Positions 12,105-22,264 are shown, numbered from the stretch's first letter. The stretch: 64,000 bases of DNA from Arenicellales bacterium (GCA_965214785.1 OZ243975.1:2160593-2224592); one strand, 5' to 3'. A program made the numbers and translations. Notes: generated from the letters alone by a model not told the origin.

Positions 12105-13037
12105 TCAGCGAATTTGACTGAGCACAAACGACAATGTTGCGATCGATGCGCCAGTCGACAGCAGGATGGATGTCGAAGTGCGTCCGACATAGACATTGAA
12201 CTGCTGCGCCAGCACATAAGCGGTTACTGCAACGGGCATTGCCGCCGCAATGATTGCGATCTGCGCCCATGACAAGTCAACAGCGAAAACATGCACCATG
12301 GCAACCCACATTAAAAAAGGATGAACAATCAGCTTGATGAGGCTGATGACATACAGCTCGCCTTGAAACAAAGCTGCACGTTGCTCGTTCATGCTCGACC
12401 CCAGCGCAAACAGCGCACAAGGTGCAGCAGCAGAACCAAGCAGGACGATGAACCGGTCTGCGATTTGTGGCATATCAATGCCTGATAGCGAAACAGCAGC
12501 TCCCAATGCTACAGCAATGATCAAAGGGTTTTTCACAACACTCATCAGTGCCTTTGAGATAAGTTCGTGGAACTTCCCACTTTGTGAAGATTGCGCACGG
12601 TCCACCAGTACCGACGCCAGCGGCAGCATGATGGCAAGGTCGATCGTGGTGCACACAACCATCGCAACACTGGCTTGCTGGCCAAAGGCAATAACCACAA
12701 ACGGCACACCGAAGTAGCCGGTATTTCCGTAGATGCTTGCTGTTGCGAATATGCTCGACATGGCTTGATTGAGCCGAAAAACTCGTCTGGCAATGGTTAC
12801 AGCGAAAGTGAAAAGAACCAACCCGACAGCGGCGTAAGCAAGAACAAAGCTCCAGCGAAACTCACCTCGCAGGTCGGCTTGCGACATAAGCGAAAAAGTC
12901 AGAACTGGAAGAGCAAAATAAAAAACGAAGTTGTTCAGCCCGATACGGCCAGCAGAATCGATAATGTTGCGTCTGACCGCAAAATATCCGCAGGCGATGA
13001 CCGCAAAAATCGGAATTGTGATGGAAATTGTGGTCAT
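12105..13037 (-). CDS. AEC (auxin efflux carrier) family permease
   Basis: 310 aa and polytopic. The N-terminus ..IFAVIACGYFAVRRNII..GLNNFVFYFALPVL.. is typical of AEC/MdcF-like transporters. Confidence 0.85.
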   Translation of the reverse strand: MTTISITIPIFAVIACGYFAVRRNIIDSAGRIGLNNFVFYFALPVLTFSLMSQADLRGEFRWSFVLAYAAVGLVLFTFAVTIARRVFRLNQAMSSIFATASIYGNTGYFGVPFVVIAFGQQASVAMVVCTTIDLAIMLPLASVLVDRAQSSQSGKFHELISKALMSVVKNPLIIAVALGAAVSLSGIDMPQIADRFIVLLGSAAAPCALFALGSSMNEQRAALFQGELYVISLIKLIVHPFLMWVAMVHVFAVDLSWAQIAIIAAAMPVAVTAYVLAQQFNVYVGRTSTSILLSTGASIATLSFVLSQIR

Positions 13038-13135
13038 CGGCGGTTACAACAACAAGGATGTTCGTTGGCACATTGGCGTATATACTGAATGGGGCTTTCT
13101 TGTGAGAATCAAACTATCGAGTACAAGGTTATTAA

Positions 13136-13663
13136 GTGAATTTCTGCAGCCTATGCGGCCATACGGTCGAGTTGAAAGTTCCCCAAGGCGATACGCTGGT
13201 GCGCCATGTCTGCACGAATTGCGATGTGGTTCACTACCGCAATCCGAAAATAGTTGCCGGCTGCATTGTCAGCTGCGAGCAAAAAATTCTGTTGTGTCGA
13301 AGAGCGATCAAACCGCGGTATGGGCGCTGGACTATTCCGGCGGGATTCATGGAGCTCGGTGAAACAGTCCAAGGTGCTGCAGCGCGCGAAACTTTGGAAG
13401 AAGCTTGTGCTGATGCAGTCATTGACGAGATATTTGCGGTATATAACATTCCATCGGTCAGTCAGGTTTATGTAATTTTCCGCGCCCACCTCACCGAACC
13501 GAAATTTGCCCCCGGTGAAGAAAGCCTTGAAACCGAGCTTTTCAGCGAACAGGATATCCCTTGGGACGACTTGGCATTCAGAGTGGTGCACAGGGTATTG
13601 AAGCGGTATTTTACTGCCTTGAAAGACGATGACTTTCGTCCGTTTGTCAGCGACATCATTTAA
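13136..13663 (+). CDS. NUDIX hydrolase with N-terminal zinc ribbon
   Basis: A CxxC..CxxC ribbon (CSLCGH..CTNCD) is followed by the Nudix box GFMELGETVQGAAARETLEEA. Confidence 0.85.
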   Translation: MNFCSLCGHTVELKVPQGDTLVRHVCTNCDVVHYRNPKIVAGCIVSCEQKILLCRRAIKPRYGRWTIPAGFMELGETVQGAAARETLEEACADAVIDEIFAVYNIPSVSQVYVIFRAHLTEPKFAPGEESLETELFSEQDIPWDDLAFRVVHRVLKRYFTALKDDDFRPFVSDII

Positions 13664-13686
13664 ATAAATCAGCGTCGCAGCACACT

Positions 13687-15252
13687 TTAGCCGCATTCGA
13701 CCGATTTGAGTGCCTGACGGTCGATTTTGTCGGTTCCGGTTTTGGGCAGTGAATCAAGGTAGATGATGTTGCGCGGATACTTGTGCGGCAGCAGTTTCGC
13801 CTTGACAAAGCTTTGCAGGTCTTCGGTCATGTTGTCATCACCACAGGCGTCATCATTAAGCGACACCCATGCTGTGATTGACATTCGCCGGTCAGCAAGT
13901 TCAACAGCCTGGACACAGCATTCGCGCACTTTTGGATGTTCGTTGAGCGCAGTCTCGATTTCCATTGGATAGACCCATTGTCCAGAGACTTTCACCAGGT
14001 CGTCGGCGCGGCCTTTGAAGAAATAAAATCCGTCTTCGTCCATAACGAAGCAGTCGCCAGTAACAATCCACCCATCGCGCATGGTTTGCGCAGTCTTGTT
14101 TGGACGGTTCCAGTAGTTTTGTGCGCAGCTCAGTCCACATACTTGCATAACTCCTTGCTCACCGGCTGTGACATTGCTGCCGTCTTTGTCTGTGAGTCGC
14201 ACTGCATAACCGGGCACCACGCGTCCGGCAGAGCCGGGTTTTTGCACCGCTTCGTCGTTCGACAGGTAAATGTGAAGCGCCTCGGTAGAACCGAGTCCCT
14301 CGATAATTTTCAAACCGAACAGAGACTGCCAAAGTTTTGACAATTCATCAGAGAGGATTTCAGCGGCAGATATGCACAGACGAACACAGCTCAAGTCAGC
14401 GTTAGCGGCTAATTCACTATGAGCCAGTGCAGTATAGACCGTAGGCAATCCGAATAGAACGGTTGGGCGGTGTCTGGCAATGTGCTCGTAGATTCGTTGC
14501 GGCGTAGGTCGTCCGGAAAGCAGCACCGCTGCCGCTGCCCGGCTCATCGGAAAGGTGACTGAGTTGCCAAATCCGTAAGCAAAAAAGATCTTCGGAATCG
14601 AAAAACACACATCACTTGGCTGCAAGTTCAGTATATGTGCGCCGTAGGTGTGTGCGGTATATGGTGCGTCCTCATGGCGGTGCACGATGCCTTTGGGCTT
14701 TCCGGTCGAGCCGGAAGAATACATCCAGAATGCCGCGTCGCTGCGTGAAGTGGGATGTTCAGACAATTGAACGGATTCGTTTGACCAGGGCCGGTGATGC
14801 GAATTCAAAATTACCTTACACGACGTCGAAGCGATCATTTTCGGTGTCAGCAAAGACCGAAAGCTGTCTGAAACGATAGCCGCGGTGGCAGCACTGTCTT
14901 TGAGAAAGTACTCAATCAAATCTGCCGGCGACAGCGTATTGGTCAGTATCGGGACCAAACCTGCACGCATTGCGCCCATAATAGCAGCCGGGTAGGCGGG
15001 CTCATCGTCCATGAGCAGCAAAACCCGCTCGGGGGCTGCGCAATAGCGCTTGAGATGATTGCCGATGCGGGCGGCTTCGTCAGCGAGCTGCGCATAGGTC
15101 CATGTTGCCGAATCGTGAACAACAGCGGCGCACTGTCCATTTTCTGGTAGATTGTCCCACAGCAAACGAGATGAGTTGTAGCATTGCGCGAGGGTAAACC
15201 CGACATTGTTGCTGAGATTTGCTACGGTTTGGTTCATCGATGGATTTCGCAA
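13687..15252 (-). CDS. Benzoate/4-hydroxybenzoate-CoA ligase family AMP-forming acyl-CoA synthetase
   Basis: 521 aa. AMP-binding motif YSSGSTGKPKGIVHRH, the ..GYGFGNS.. region and C-terminal ..LPKTGTDKIDR.. are present. The overall pattern matches the aryl-CoA ligase subfamily. An alternative start is the ATG at 15237. Confidence 0.8.
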   Translation of the reverse strand: MRNPSMNQTVANLSNNVGFTLAQCYNSSRLLWDNLPENGQCAAVVHDSATWTYAQLADEAARIGNHLKRYCAAPERVLLLMDDEPAYPAAIMGAMRAGLVPILTNTLSPADLIEYFLKDSAATAAIVSDSFRSLLTPKMIASTSCKVILNSHHRPWSNESVQLSEHPTSRSDAAFWMYSSGSTGKPKGIVHRHEDAPYTAHTYGAHILNLQPSDVCFSIPKIFFAYGFGNSVTFPMSRAAAAVLLSGRPTPQRIYEHIARHRPTVLFGLPTVYTALAHSELAANADLSCVRLCISAAEILSDELSKLWQSLFGLKIIEGLGSTEALHIYLSNDEAVQKPGSAGRVVPGYAVRLTDKDGSNVTAGEQGVMQVCGLSCAQNYWNRPNKTAQTMRDGWIVTGDCFVMDEDGFYFFKGRADDLVKVSGQWVYPMEIETALNEHPKVRECCVQAVELADRRMSITAWVSLNDDACGDDNMTEDLQSFVKAKLLPHKYPRNIIYLDSLPKTGTDKIDRQALKSVECG

Positions 15253-15351
15253 TAAATGGGTCAGCCAAGGTGTGTGGTTATCTCAATGAGCGGCGATAAA
15301 GTCTTCTGTAATCCGGTAGCATACCAAACTATGCATGGAAAATTGACAAGT

Positions 15352-15674
15352 ATGCACAGCGAGGCATTTGCGATCGGGCGGTTTTTTGGGCAGCGCGGAC
15401 CCGCTGAAATTCGCTGCCTGCGCAATTTTCCTCATCACACGCTTTCGAGCCGCACAATTCGGGATTTATACACGAGCCATTGTCGAAATTCGAGTTGAAC
15501 CGGAGTTTTCGACAAACCTCGACAAGCCTGATATATCAAATTAAGGTGCCCAAAGGGAAGCGTAATTCACAATCGAGCGTTTGCATCAATGATCAATGGA
15601 GACTTTGTTTTAGGTGGCGCGAAGAACGTCCGGGGCCGGTAGATGTTAAAATCGTGGATTATCACTGGAATTAA
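15352..15674 (+). pseudogene. higB: HigB-type (killer protein, RelE superfamily) toxin, apparently frameshifted or degenerate
   Basis: The C-terminal half in frame 3 is clearly HigB-like (..KGKRNSQSSVCINDQWRLCFRW..VDVKIVDYH). N-terminal-like sequence (..FFGQRGPAEIRCLRNF..IRDL) sits in frame 1 and stops at 15498. No single intact frame covers both parts. Confidence 0.5.
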
Positions 15675-15685
15675 GGAGGCCTGCT

Positions 15686-15937
15686 ATGCGTGAACCCATC
15701 CATCCCGGAGAGACATTGCGAGAGGACCTTGATGAACTTGGTATGAGTGCGGCTGAATTGGCGCATCAAATTGAGGTTTCAGCGAATCACATAACCGAAA
15801 TACTCAACGCTCAGCGTTCAATCACAGGTGATACGGCTTTGAGATTGGGCCGACAATTTGGAACTTCCGGAGAGTTTTGGCTAAATCTTCAAAAACTCTA
15901 TGAACTACGCTTGGCGCAGGAAAAAACGGTGCGGTAA
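15686..15937 (+). CDS. higA: HigA-family antitoxin (XRE helix-turn-helix)
   Basis: 83 aa: ..IHPGETLREDLDELGMSAAELAHQIEVSANHITEILNAQRSITGDTALRLGRQFGTSGEFWLNLQ... AGGAGG lies 7 nt upstream of the ATG. Confidence 0.85.
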   Translation: MREPIHPGETLREDLDELGMSAAELAHQIEVSANHITEILNAQRSITGDTALRLGRQFGTSGEFWLNLQKLYELRLAQEKTVR

Positions 15938-16114
15938 TTATTCAGTTGCCGACGCTTGATTCGAACAAGGACTTGCGTGCTGGGAATTGAAAGTGCTGCA
16001 TGCGTCTTGGTGATTGAACTTCTTGGTTGCCCTTGCCTAATTTGCGCCCGGATTTCGCAAAATGACTTGGGTCATGCTTCCTGCATATTCCAGAATATGT
16101 GCGCAAACGATAAT

Positions 16115-16225
16115 TTTGTAACAATGCTCGATTCTTCACACATTGAAGACTCGCGTAAACGTCGCGGCCGTCGCTATCGCATTGAAACCTTGGCTAGCAT
16201 TGGTAATTGCCGCTGTGGTGCTTAG
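16115..16225 (+). pseudogene. Remnant of an ISAs1-family (H-repeat) transposase N-terminus
   Basis: ..FVTMLDSSHIEDSRKRRGRRYRIETLASIG.. resembles the ..I.DPR..RGK.H.L..IL.I.. motif at the N-terminus of ISAs1 transposases. Only about 35 codons are present and there is no DDE domain. Confidence 0.3.
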
Positions 16226-16359
16226 CGGTGCCCAGGGGTTATCTTAAAAAATACCAAATACGCAAGTCGATTTACCGCATCAAAAGGGTTTGATGATCAT
16301 TCGCCAAAGAGTTACTCTACATCTGCCAATAGCAATGCATTGCGACGAAAACGCCTGAC

Positions 16360-17493
16360 TCAAAAACTGATAGCGCGTCGTGCAAGCTCAGCGGTGAAAT
16401 TCGGACACATCCGGCGCAGTTTGTCTTCATTCACTCTTGCTGAACGCGTCACATAGCTCAGCGCAAATTCCCATGGCGACAGCGCCATATGTTCTGCAAA
16501 GCGCTCGTACCACTGTCCGGAACGAAGTGCGGCAGTGCAAAGCTTGTCGACAATCGGTTGGCGCTGACGCTGATATTCGGCAAATCCCCGTTGCGGGTTA
16601 AAATCCGTTTGCTTTAGCGCGTTGACAAGCGCAATTGCATCTTCCATAGCAAGGCGGGTGCCGGAACCAATTGAAAAATGCGCGCTGTGAAGCGCATCTC
16701 CAACCAGTACGCGGTTGCCATCAAAATAGCGCTGATTGCTCAATACCGGAAACTGGCGCCACACCGAATTGTTGCTGATTAGCGCACCGCCGTCTAGCGC
16801 ATCGGCAAAGATGGCCTCACAGATCTTTCGGTACTTAAGTTCGGACATTTGAGCAAACCCATAGTTCAAAAACGTTTGTTCATCACACTCAATGATGAAG
16901 GTGCTGCGGTCCTCACCATAGCGGTAGTGATGCGCGTTGAAAAAACCGCGGTCGGTTTCAACAAATGTCTGTGTCAATGCATCGTATGAACATCGGGTGC
17001 CAAACCAGCAAAAGCGATTGCTGAGATATTCGATTTTCTCACCGAACGCTTCTGGAGACTTTGCGCGAACCGTTGAATTCAATCCGTCAGCAGCAATTAC
17101 AATGTGACAGTCACCAAAAACATCCATCTTGCTGATTTTTCTGTTGTATTTTGGTTCAATGCCCAATTCCAGGGCTCTTTTGCGTAACAGCGACAGCATC
17201 TCAAGGCGACCGATAGCTGCGAATCCTATGCCATCTATACGGACGCTTTGTCCTTTGTGCACAATGCAGATGTCCGACCAGGTCTGCATATGAGGTTCGA
17301 TCAGGTCGGCAGTGGGAGGATCGTCGGCATGCAAGAAGCCGAGCGCAGAGTCCGACAGGACAATGCCAAAACCAAATGTGGCATCTTCGGGGTTTTGATC
17401 GATGATTGTGATTTGTGCGCGCTTAAAGCACTGCTTGATCAAAATAGCACAATACAGTCCTGCCGGCCCGGCGCCCAATATCCCTATTTTCAT
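16360..17493 (-). CDS. FAD-dependent monooxygenase (like the aryl-CoA / salicylyl-CoA hydroxylase N-terminal domain)
   Basis: I moved the start to the ATG at 17493 (MKIGILGAGPAGLY.., the dinucleotide fold). ..DATFGFGIVLSDSALGFL.., ..VIAADGLNS.. and ..LVGDALHSAHFSIGSGTRLAMED.. are present. Confidence 0.8.
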   Translation of the reverse strand: MKIGILGAGPAGLYCAILIKQCFKRAQITIIDQNPEDATFGFGIVLSDSALGFLHADDPPTADLIEPHMQTWSDICIVHKGQSVRIDGIGFAAIGRLEMLSLLRKRALELGIEPKYNRKISKMDVFGDCHIVIAADGLNSTVRAKSPEAFGEKIEYLSNRFCWFGTRCSYDALTQTFVETDRGFFNAHHYRYGEDRSTFIIECDEQTFLNYGFAQMSELKYRKICEAIFADALDGGALISNNSVWRQFPVLSNQRYFDGNRVLVGDALHSAHFSIGSGTRLAMEDAIALVNALKQTDFNPQRGFAEYQRQRQPIVDKLCTAALRSGQWYERFAEHMALSPWEFALSYVTRSARVNEDKLRRMCPNFTAELARRAISF

Positions 17494-17670
17494 GTGATTG
17501 TCAAATTCGATGCGTTGTAATTGAACTTTGTCTGGCATGCCCAGACCTGACCATATTCTACCTGTGACAGCGACACGAATCCGTATCATCTACAATTGTC
17601 GGTCAGCAATCGCGAAGTCACATTGCTGACTTCGGTCTTCAAGTAACTACACAAGTGGTGAAGTATTCCA

Positions 17671-19872
17671 TTGAACTGCATCGTCAAGGTTTCGATACCA
17701 ATCGGCCACTACGGTCTGTTTGATTACGAATGCGAATCATTCGATCAGGCAGCGATAGGCAGCCGCGTAATGGTTCCGTTTCGTTCCGGGCTGCGAGTGG
17801 GGATCGTTGTCGAACACACACAGTCCGATTCGCGGCCGGATTACACCGTTCGGCCTGTTTATTCAACCGTCGACACTGTACCTGCAATTCCAGCCCACTT
17901 GATGCGCACTTTGGTATGGGCTTCGAATTACTACCGCCAGCCGGTCGGAGAGATGATTTGGTCTGCGCTTCCTCGAACGCTTCGCAGTTCACGCCCGTTT
18001 GAGCCAAAACTGCGAATCGGTTACAGCATCAGCGAGCTTGCGAGTGCTGTCAATATGGATAAACTTTCACGAGCACCGGTGCAACGCGCGATTTTGGAGA
18101 TTCTGCTATCCAACCCAAACCCTGTTCCGGTGAAAAACTTAGCGCAAGCAGGCAAAAGTTATGGCAGCGCACTTCGTGCAATGGAAAAAAAGCAGTGGGT
18201 GATCGCAAAACCGCTTGATGACCCCAAGGCCGAACCTCAACTGAATCTGATTACCGACCTGACACCGGATCAGATCGTTGCCCGAAAGCGAATCGTTGAG
18301 AATCTAGGCAGATTTCATTGTTTTTTGCTGCATGGTGTCACCGGCAGCGGGAAAACCGAAGTCTATCTGCATGCGATCGCGCAAGTCCTCAAAAAAGGCG
18401 GACAAGCGCTGATGTTAGTTCCTGAGATCGGGTTGACTCCGCAATTGGAACAGCGGGTGCACAGTGCCCTTGGTCCGGTTGTCGCTTCCTATCATTCCGG
18501 CTTGACCGATGCTCAGCGTCATCGTACTTGGTGGCAGGCAAAAAGCGGTAAGGTCTCCGTCGTTATCGGCACCAGGTCTGCTGTATTTTTGCCTTTTCAA
18601 TCACTGTCACTGATCGTTATCGATGAAGAGCACGACACATCGTTCAAACAGCAAGAAAGGGTTCGATATCACGCCCGAGCGGTTGCCATACATCGCGCAG
18701 CGAGTGACAATATCCCGCTTGTCTGCGGCAGTGCGACACCGTCGCTTGAATCGTTCAACGCATCGCAAACCGGGCGAATGGAAGTGCTTGACCTGCCGAT
18801 GCGCGCAACTCAAGTTTCAATGCCGTCGGTACGATTGATCGATTTGAATAGCGCCTATGTCCACAACGGAATTTCGACAAAACTGGTAGCCGAAATTGCC
18901 AACGCAATCGAACGCAAGGAACAAAGTCTGATCTTTATCAATCGCCGCGGTTTTTCTACCGTGGTCGTGTGCAGTGACTGTAAGTGGATCGCACAGTGTG
19001 AAAACTGCGACATCAACCTGGTCTACCATGATTCGGACAAGCTTCTGCATTGCCACCGCTGTTTTAAAAAAGTGGTGCCGTTTGACCAGTGTCCGCAGTG
19101 CCAGTCGTCGCGTGTGCATCTGCTCGGTGAGGGCACGCAGCGCATCGAGCAGACCCTGCGCAACGAGATTAGCGGCGCAAGGGTGATACGCATCGATCGC
19201 GACACAACACAGTCATATGCGCAATTCGAACAAAAAATCAAACGCATTCATGACCGTGAGGTAGACATCCTGGTGGGAACGCAAATGCTGTCAAAAGGCC
19301 ATCATTTTCCTCATGTCACGCTAGTCGGGGTGCTCAATGCTGATGCAGGCTTTTACAGCACTGATTTTCGGGCGCGCGAACACATGATTCAGCAGGTGCT
19401 GCAGGTCGCTGGCAGGGCAGGCCGCGTCGAAAAGTCCGGAACTGTATGGATTCAAACCATTCATCCGCTCAATGAAATCTTTACCTGCATCAAACACCAC
19501 GACTATCTGCAATTCGCGCAAATGGAACTGAAAATGAGACGCCAGGCGAGTCAGCCGCCATTTATGCATTACGCACTGCTGCGGGCCAATTCACTTGAAA
19601 GAGGCGAAGAAATCGCGTTTTTAGACTCGGCGCGAAAAACGGCACTTAAGTACATCGACAAGCATCAAGACGCCAAGGTGGAGGTGTTTGATGTATTACA
19701 ATCACCGATTTCAAAAATCTTAAAACGTTACCGTGCACAGCTGCTTGTAGCCAGTGTAGAGTCGCCAGCACTGAGAAAATTTTTAGCTGCGTGGATTACT
19801 CTGCTGCCTGCCCTCAACAAAAAAGGCAAACTGCGCTGGCATATCGATGTTGATCCTGTTGATTTTTCATAA
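17671..19872 (+). CDS. priA: Primosomal protein N' (replication restart helicase PriA)
   Basis: 733 aa. Walker A GVTGSGKTEVY, DEEHD, and a Cys-rich zinc-binding insert (CSDCKW..CENCD..CHRC..CPQC). Confidence 0.93.
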   Translation: MNCIVKVSIPIGHYGLFDYECESFDQAAIGSRVMVPFRSGLRVGIVVEHTQSDSRPDYTVRPVYSTVDTVPAIPAHLMRTLVWASNYYRQPVGEMIWSALPRTLRSSRPFEPKLRIGYSISELASAVNMDKLSRAPVQRAILEILLSNPNPVPVKNLAQAGKSYGSALRAMEKKQWVIAKPLDDPKAEPQLNLITDLTPDQIVARKRIVENLGRFHCFLLHGVTGSGKTEVYLHAIAQVLKKGGQALMLVPEIGLTPQLEQRVHSALGPVVASYHSGLTDAQRHRTWWQAKSGKVSVVIGTRSAVFLPFQSLSLIVIDEEHDTSFKQQERVRYHARAVAIHRAASDNIPLVCGSATPSLESFNASQTGRMEVLDLPMRATQVSMPSVRLIDLNSAYVHNGISTKLVAEIANAIERKEQSLIFINRRGFSTVVVCSDCKWIAQCENCDINLVYHDSDKLLHCHRCFKKVVPFDQCPQCQSSRVHLLGEGTQRIEQTLRNEISGARVIRIDRDTTQSYAQFEQKIKRIHDREVDILVGTQMLSKGHHFPHVTLVGVLNADAGFYSTDFRAREHMIQQVLQVAGRAGRVEKSGTVWIQTIHPLNEIFTCIKHHDYLQFAQMELKMRRQASQPPFMHYALLRANSLERGEEIAFLDSARKTALKYIDKHQDAKVEVFDVLQSPISKILKRYRAQLLVASVESPALRKFLAAWITLLPALNKKGKLRWHIDVDPVDFS

Positions 19873-19890
19873 CAATTCAATCCCCAAGGC

Positions 19891-21627
19891 ATGAAACACA
19901 AAATTCAGGCTCTACTCGGCGAGTCTTTTAAGGCGTTGGTCGATGCGGGTCAATTGCCGCCCGTCGCGCAGCCGCAATCCATTGCTGTGGATACACCGCG
20001 CAGAGATGGCCAAGGTGATTATTCCTCGGCTGTGGCGATGAGTGTCGCGCGCAAGGCCAATATGAACCCGCTGGAACTCGCGCAGCTCATCTGCGAGCAC
20101 ATCCGGAGCGTTGACTACCTCAGCAAAGTTGAGATTGCACCGCCTGGGTTTATCAACTTTTTCCTTTCCGGGACGGCGCTTAGCAGCGTTGTTGACGACA
20201 TTTTGCGCCGCGGTGTTCAATACGGTACGCTCAAGCAAGACAATCCCGAACGAATCATGGTGGAATTTGTATCCGCCAATCCTACCGGCCCGCTTCATGT
20301 CGGACATGGCAGGGGAACTGCCTTTGGTGATTCACTTGCGCGCATTTTGCGCGCTGCAGGCAACGAAGTGGACACCGAATATTACGTCAACGATATCGGC
20401 CGGCAGATGAACATTCTTGCTGTCAGTGTCTGGATAAGATACCTGCAATCACATGACAAGGCTGTTGATTTTCCCGCCGGTGCCTACCAGGGGGGTTACA
20501 TCATTGAATGTGCGAAGTCCATGACCGATGAAGTCCAAAGCGAGCTGGTGCGAAGTTTTGATGCGCCGCCAAAGGATGCAGAGCAAACCGAAGACGATTT
20601 CCTCACACAATGGATCGCGACGGCAAAAGACGAGTTGAATGACAGGTTTGGTTTTGTTAGGACATATGTTCGCGACTACATGGTAAATGTCATCAAAGAC
20701 GATTTGGCATCGCTTGGTGTATATCACGACAACTGGTTTTTTGAAAGTCAGCTGTCGCAAAATGCGCAGGTCTCAAACGCGGTTAGTGTGCTTGAGCGCA
20801 ACGGTTTTTTGTATCAATCCAACGGCGCGACATGGTTTCGGTCGAGTCAATTTGGCGACGAAAAAGATCGGGTGATGGTGCGCTCAAACGGAGAGTTGAC
20901 GTATTTTGCTTCGGATATTGCATATCACCTCGATAAATACAAGCGCGGCTATAATAGAATGATCAACATTTGGGGCGCAGATCACCATGGATACGTGGCG
21001 AGAATGAAAGCTGCCATGGATGCCGCGGGCGAAGACTCCGGGCGGTTGCAGATACTGATCGTTCAACTTGCTTCGCTGATTCAGACGGGGCAAAAAGTGT
21101 CGATGTCGACGCGTGCCGGCAAGTTTGTTACGCTAAGACAACTGGTTGACGAAACTGGCAGCGATGCAGCGAGATTTTTTTACCTGCTCAGAAAGTGTGA
21201 GCAGCATCTGGATTTTGATCTCACGCTGGCCAAGGCACAAAGCAGTGACAATCCGGTTTATTACGTTCAATACGCACATGCAAGAATCTGCAGCGTGTTT
21301 CGGAATTTGTCACAGCGTGGCATGAAACACTCCCACACCGACGTGTCACAACAGATCTATCAACAAGATTCTGAAGTGGCTTTGATCAAACGCTTGGCGC
21401 AGTATCCGGAAGTAATCCAAAGCTCAGCGCGCAGTGCTGAACCCCATCAGATTGCTTACTACCTGCGGGATGTTGCGACGGATTTTCATTCGTTTTATAA
21501 CCGCGAACGTATTTTGGATGCCGCCGAACCGCTGCGCTCAATGAGACTCACACTAATTGATGCTGTGCGCCAAGTGCTGTCAAACGGTCTTGGTCTGCTT
21601 GGTGTTTGTGCACCACAGAAGATGTAG
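19891..21627 (+). CDS. argS: Arginine--tRNA ligase
   Basis: 578 aa. Class I motifs PTGPLHVGHGRG and VSMSTRAG; C-terminal anticodon-binding region ..YVQYAHARICSV... Confidence 0.96.
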   Translation: MKHKIQALLGESFKALVDAGQLPPVAQPQSIAVDTPRRDGQGDYSSAVAMSVARKANMNPLELAQLICEHIRSVDYLSKVEIAPPGFINFFLSGTALSSVVDDILRRGVQYGTLKQDNPERIMVEFVSANPTGPLHVGHGRGTAFGDSLARILRAAGNEVDTEYYVNDIGRQMNILAVSVWIRYLQSHDKAVDFPAGAYQGGYIIECAKSMTDEVQSELVRSFDAPPKDAEQTEDDFLTQWIATAKDELNDRFGFVRTYVRDYMVNVIKDDLASLGVYHDNWFFESQLSQNAQVSNAVSVLERNGFLYQSNGATWFRSSQFGDEKDRVMVRSNGELTYFASDIAYHLDKYKRGYNRMINIWGADHHGYVARMKAAMDAAGEDSGRLQILIVQLASLIQTGQKVSMSTRAGKFVTLRQLVDETGSDAARFFYLLRKCEQHLDFDLTLAKAQSSDNPVYYVQYAHARICSVFRNLSQRGMKHSHTDVSQQIYQQDSEVALIKRLAQYPEVIQSSARSAEPHQIAYYLRDVATDFHSFYNRERILDAAEPLRSMRLTLIDAVRQVLSNGLGLLGVCAPQKM

Positions 21628-21631
21628 ACTG

Positions 21632-22264
21632 ATGGCCAAGCGTCGACGCGCAAAGCAAAAAAGCTCCGGCGGTTTCGGGATATTTATTCTCGGAGTGCTC
21701 GCCGGTGCCATACCGACAGCGCTTTGGTTTGGCGTTATTGATGATCGCCCTACCAATCTGGGCGCTGGGATAGACGGACTGATTGAAGCCGCCCAGCAGC
21801 GCTACGAGCACAACCAGGGTGAACAATCCAAGTCCGATTCAGCCGGTGAAGTGCCGGAAATAGAATTCAGTTTTCACGAATTGCTGTTGAAATCCGATTA
21901 TCAGCCACCCCAGCCGCCGCCATCGCAGTCAGATTCTGCACCGCAGGAGGCATCACAGGCATCAGAACAATCGGATACACCAGCGCCGCCGGCACCTGTT
22001 GCTTCAGATTCAGCACAAGACACCTCATACGTTTTACAAGTTGCCTCATTTGCGGACTATCAAAGCGCCGATCGCGTCAAGGCGTCTCTTGCCTTAAGCG
22101 GACTTGAGGCATTTATTCAAAAAGTCTCGGTTGAAGGACAGGGCGACTTTTATCGGGTCCGACTTGGGCCTTACGAGGAGTTTGATGAAATGCAGCGCGT
22201 AGGAGGCGTTTTAACACAGCTGGGGTTTCAGGCGCTGCGCTTCAGATTGAGAAACCAAAGCTGA
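21632..22264 (+). CDS. SPOR-domain protein (FtsN/DedD-like septal peptidoglycan-binding protein)
   Basis: I moved the start to the ATG at 21632 (MAKRRRAKQK.., followed by a TM segment). It has a Pro/Gln/Ser-rich linker and a C-terminal SPOR domain (..YVLQVASFADYQSADRVKASL..FYRVRLGPY..). Confidence 0.8.
   Translation: MAKRRRAKQKSSGGFGIFILGVLAGAIPTALWFGVIDDRPTNLGAGIDGLIEAAQQRYEHNQGEQSKSDSAGEVPEIEFSFHELLLKSDYQPPQPPPSQSDSAPQEASQASEQSDTPAPPAPVASDSAQDTSYVLQVASFADYQSADRVKASLALSGLEAFIQKVSVEGQGDFYRVRLGPYEEFDEMQRVGGVLTQLGFQALRFRLRNQS

Noticed and set aside
11930-12217. Long N-terminal extension of the coaX ORF (track ORF 11186..12217)
   Set aside because: The extension has no similarity to CoaX and overlaps the 3' end of the AEC permease gene. 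It is also bypassed by a GTG start that has a good AGGAG site directly before the conserved DIGN motif.
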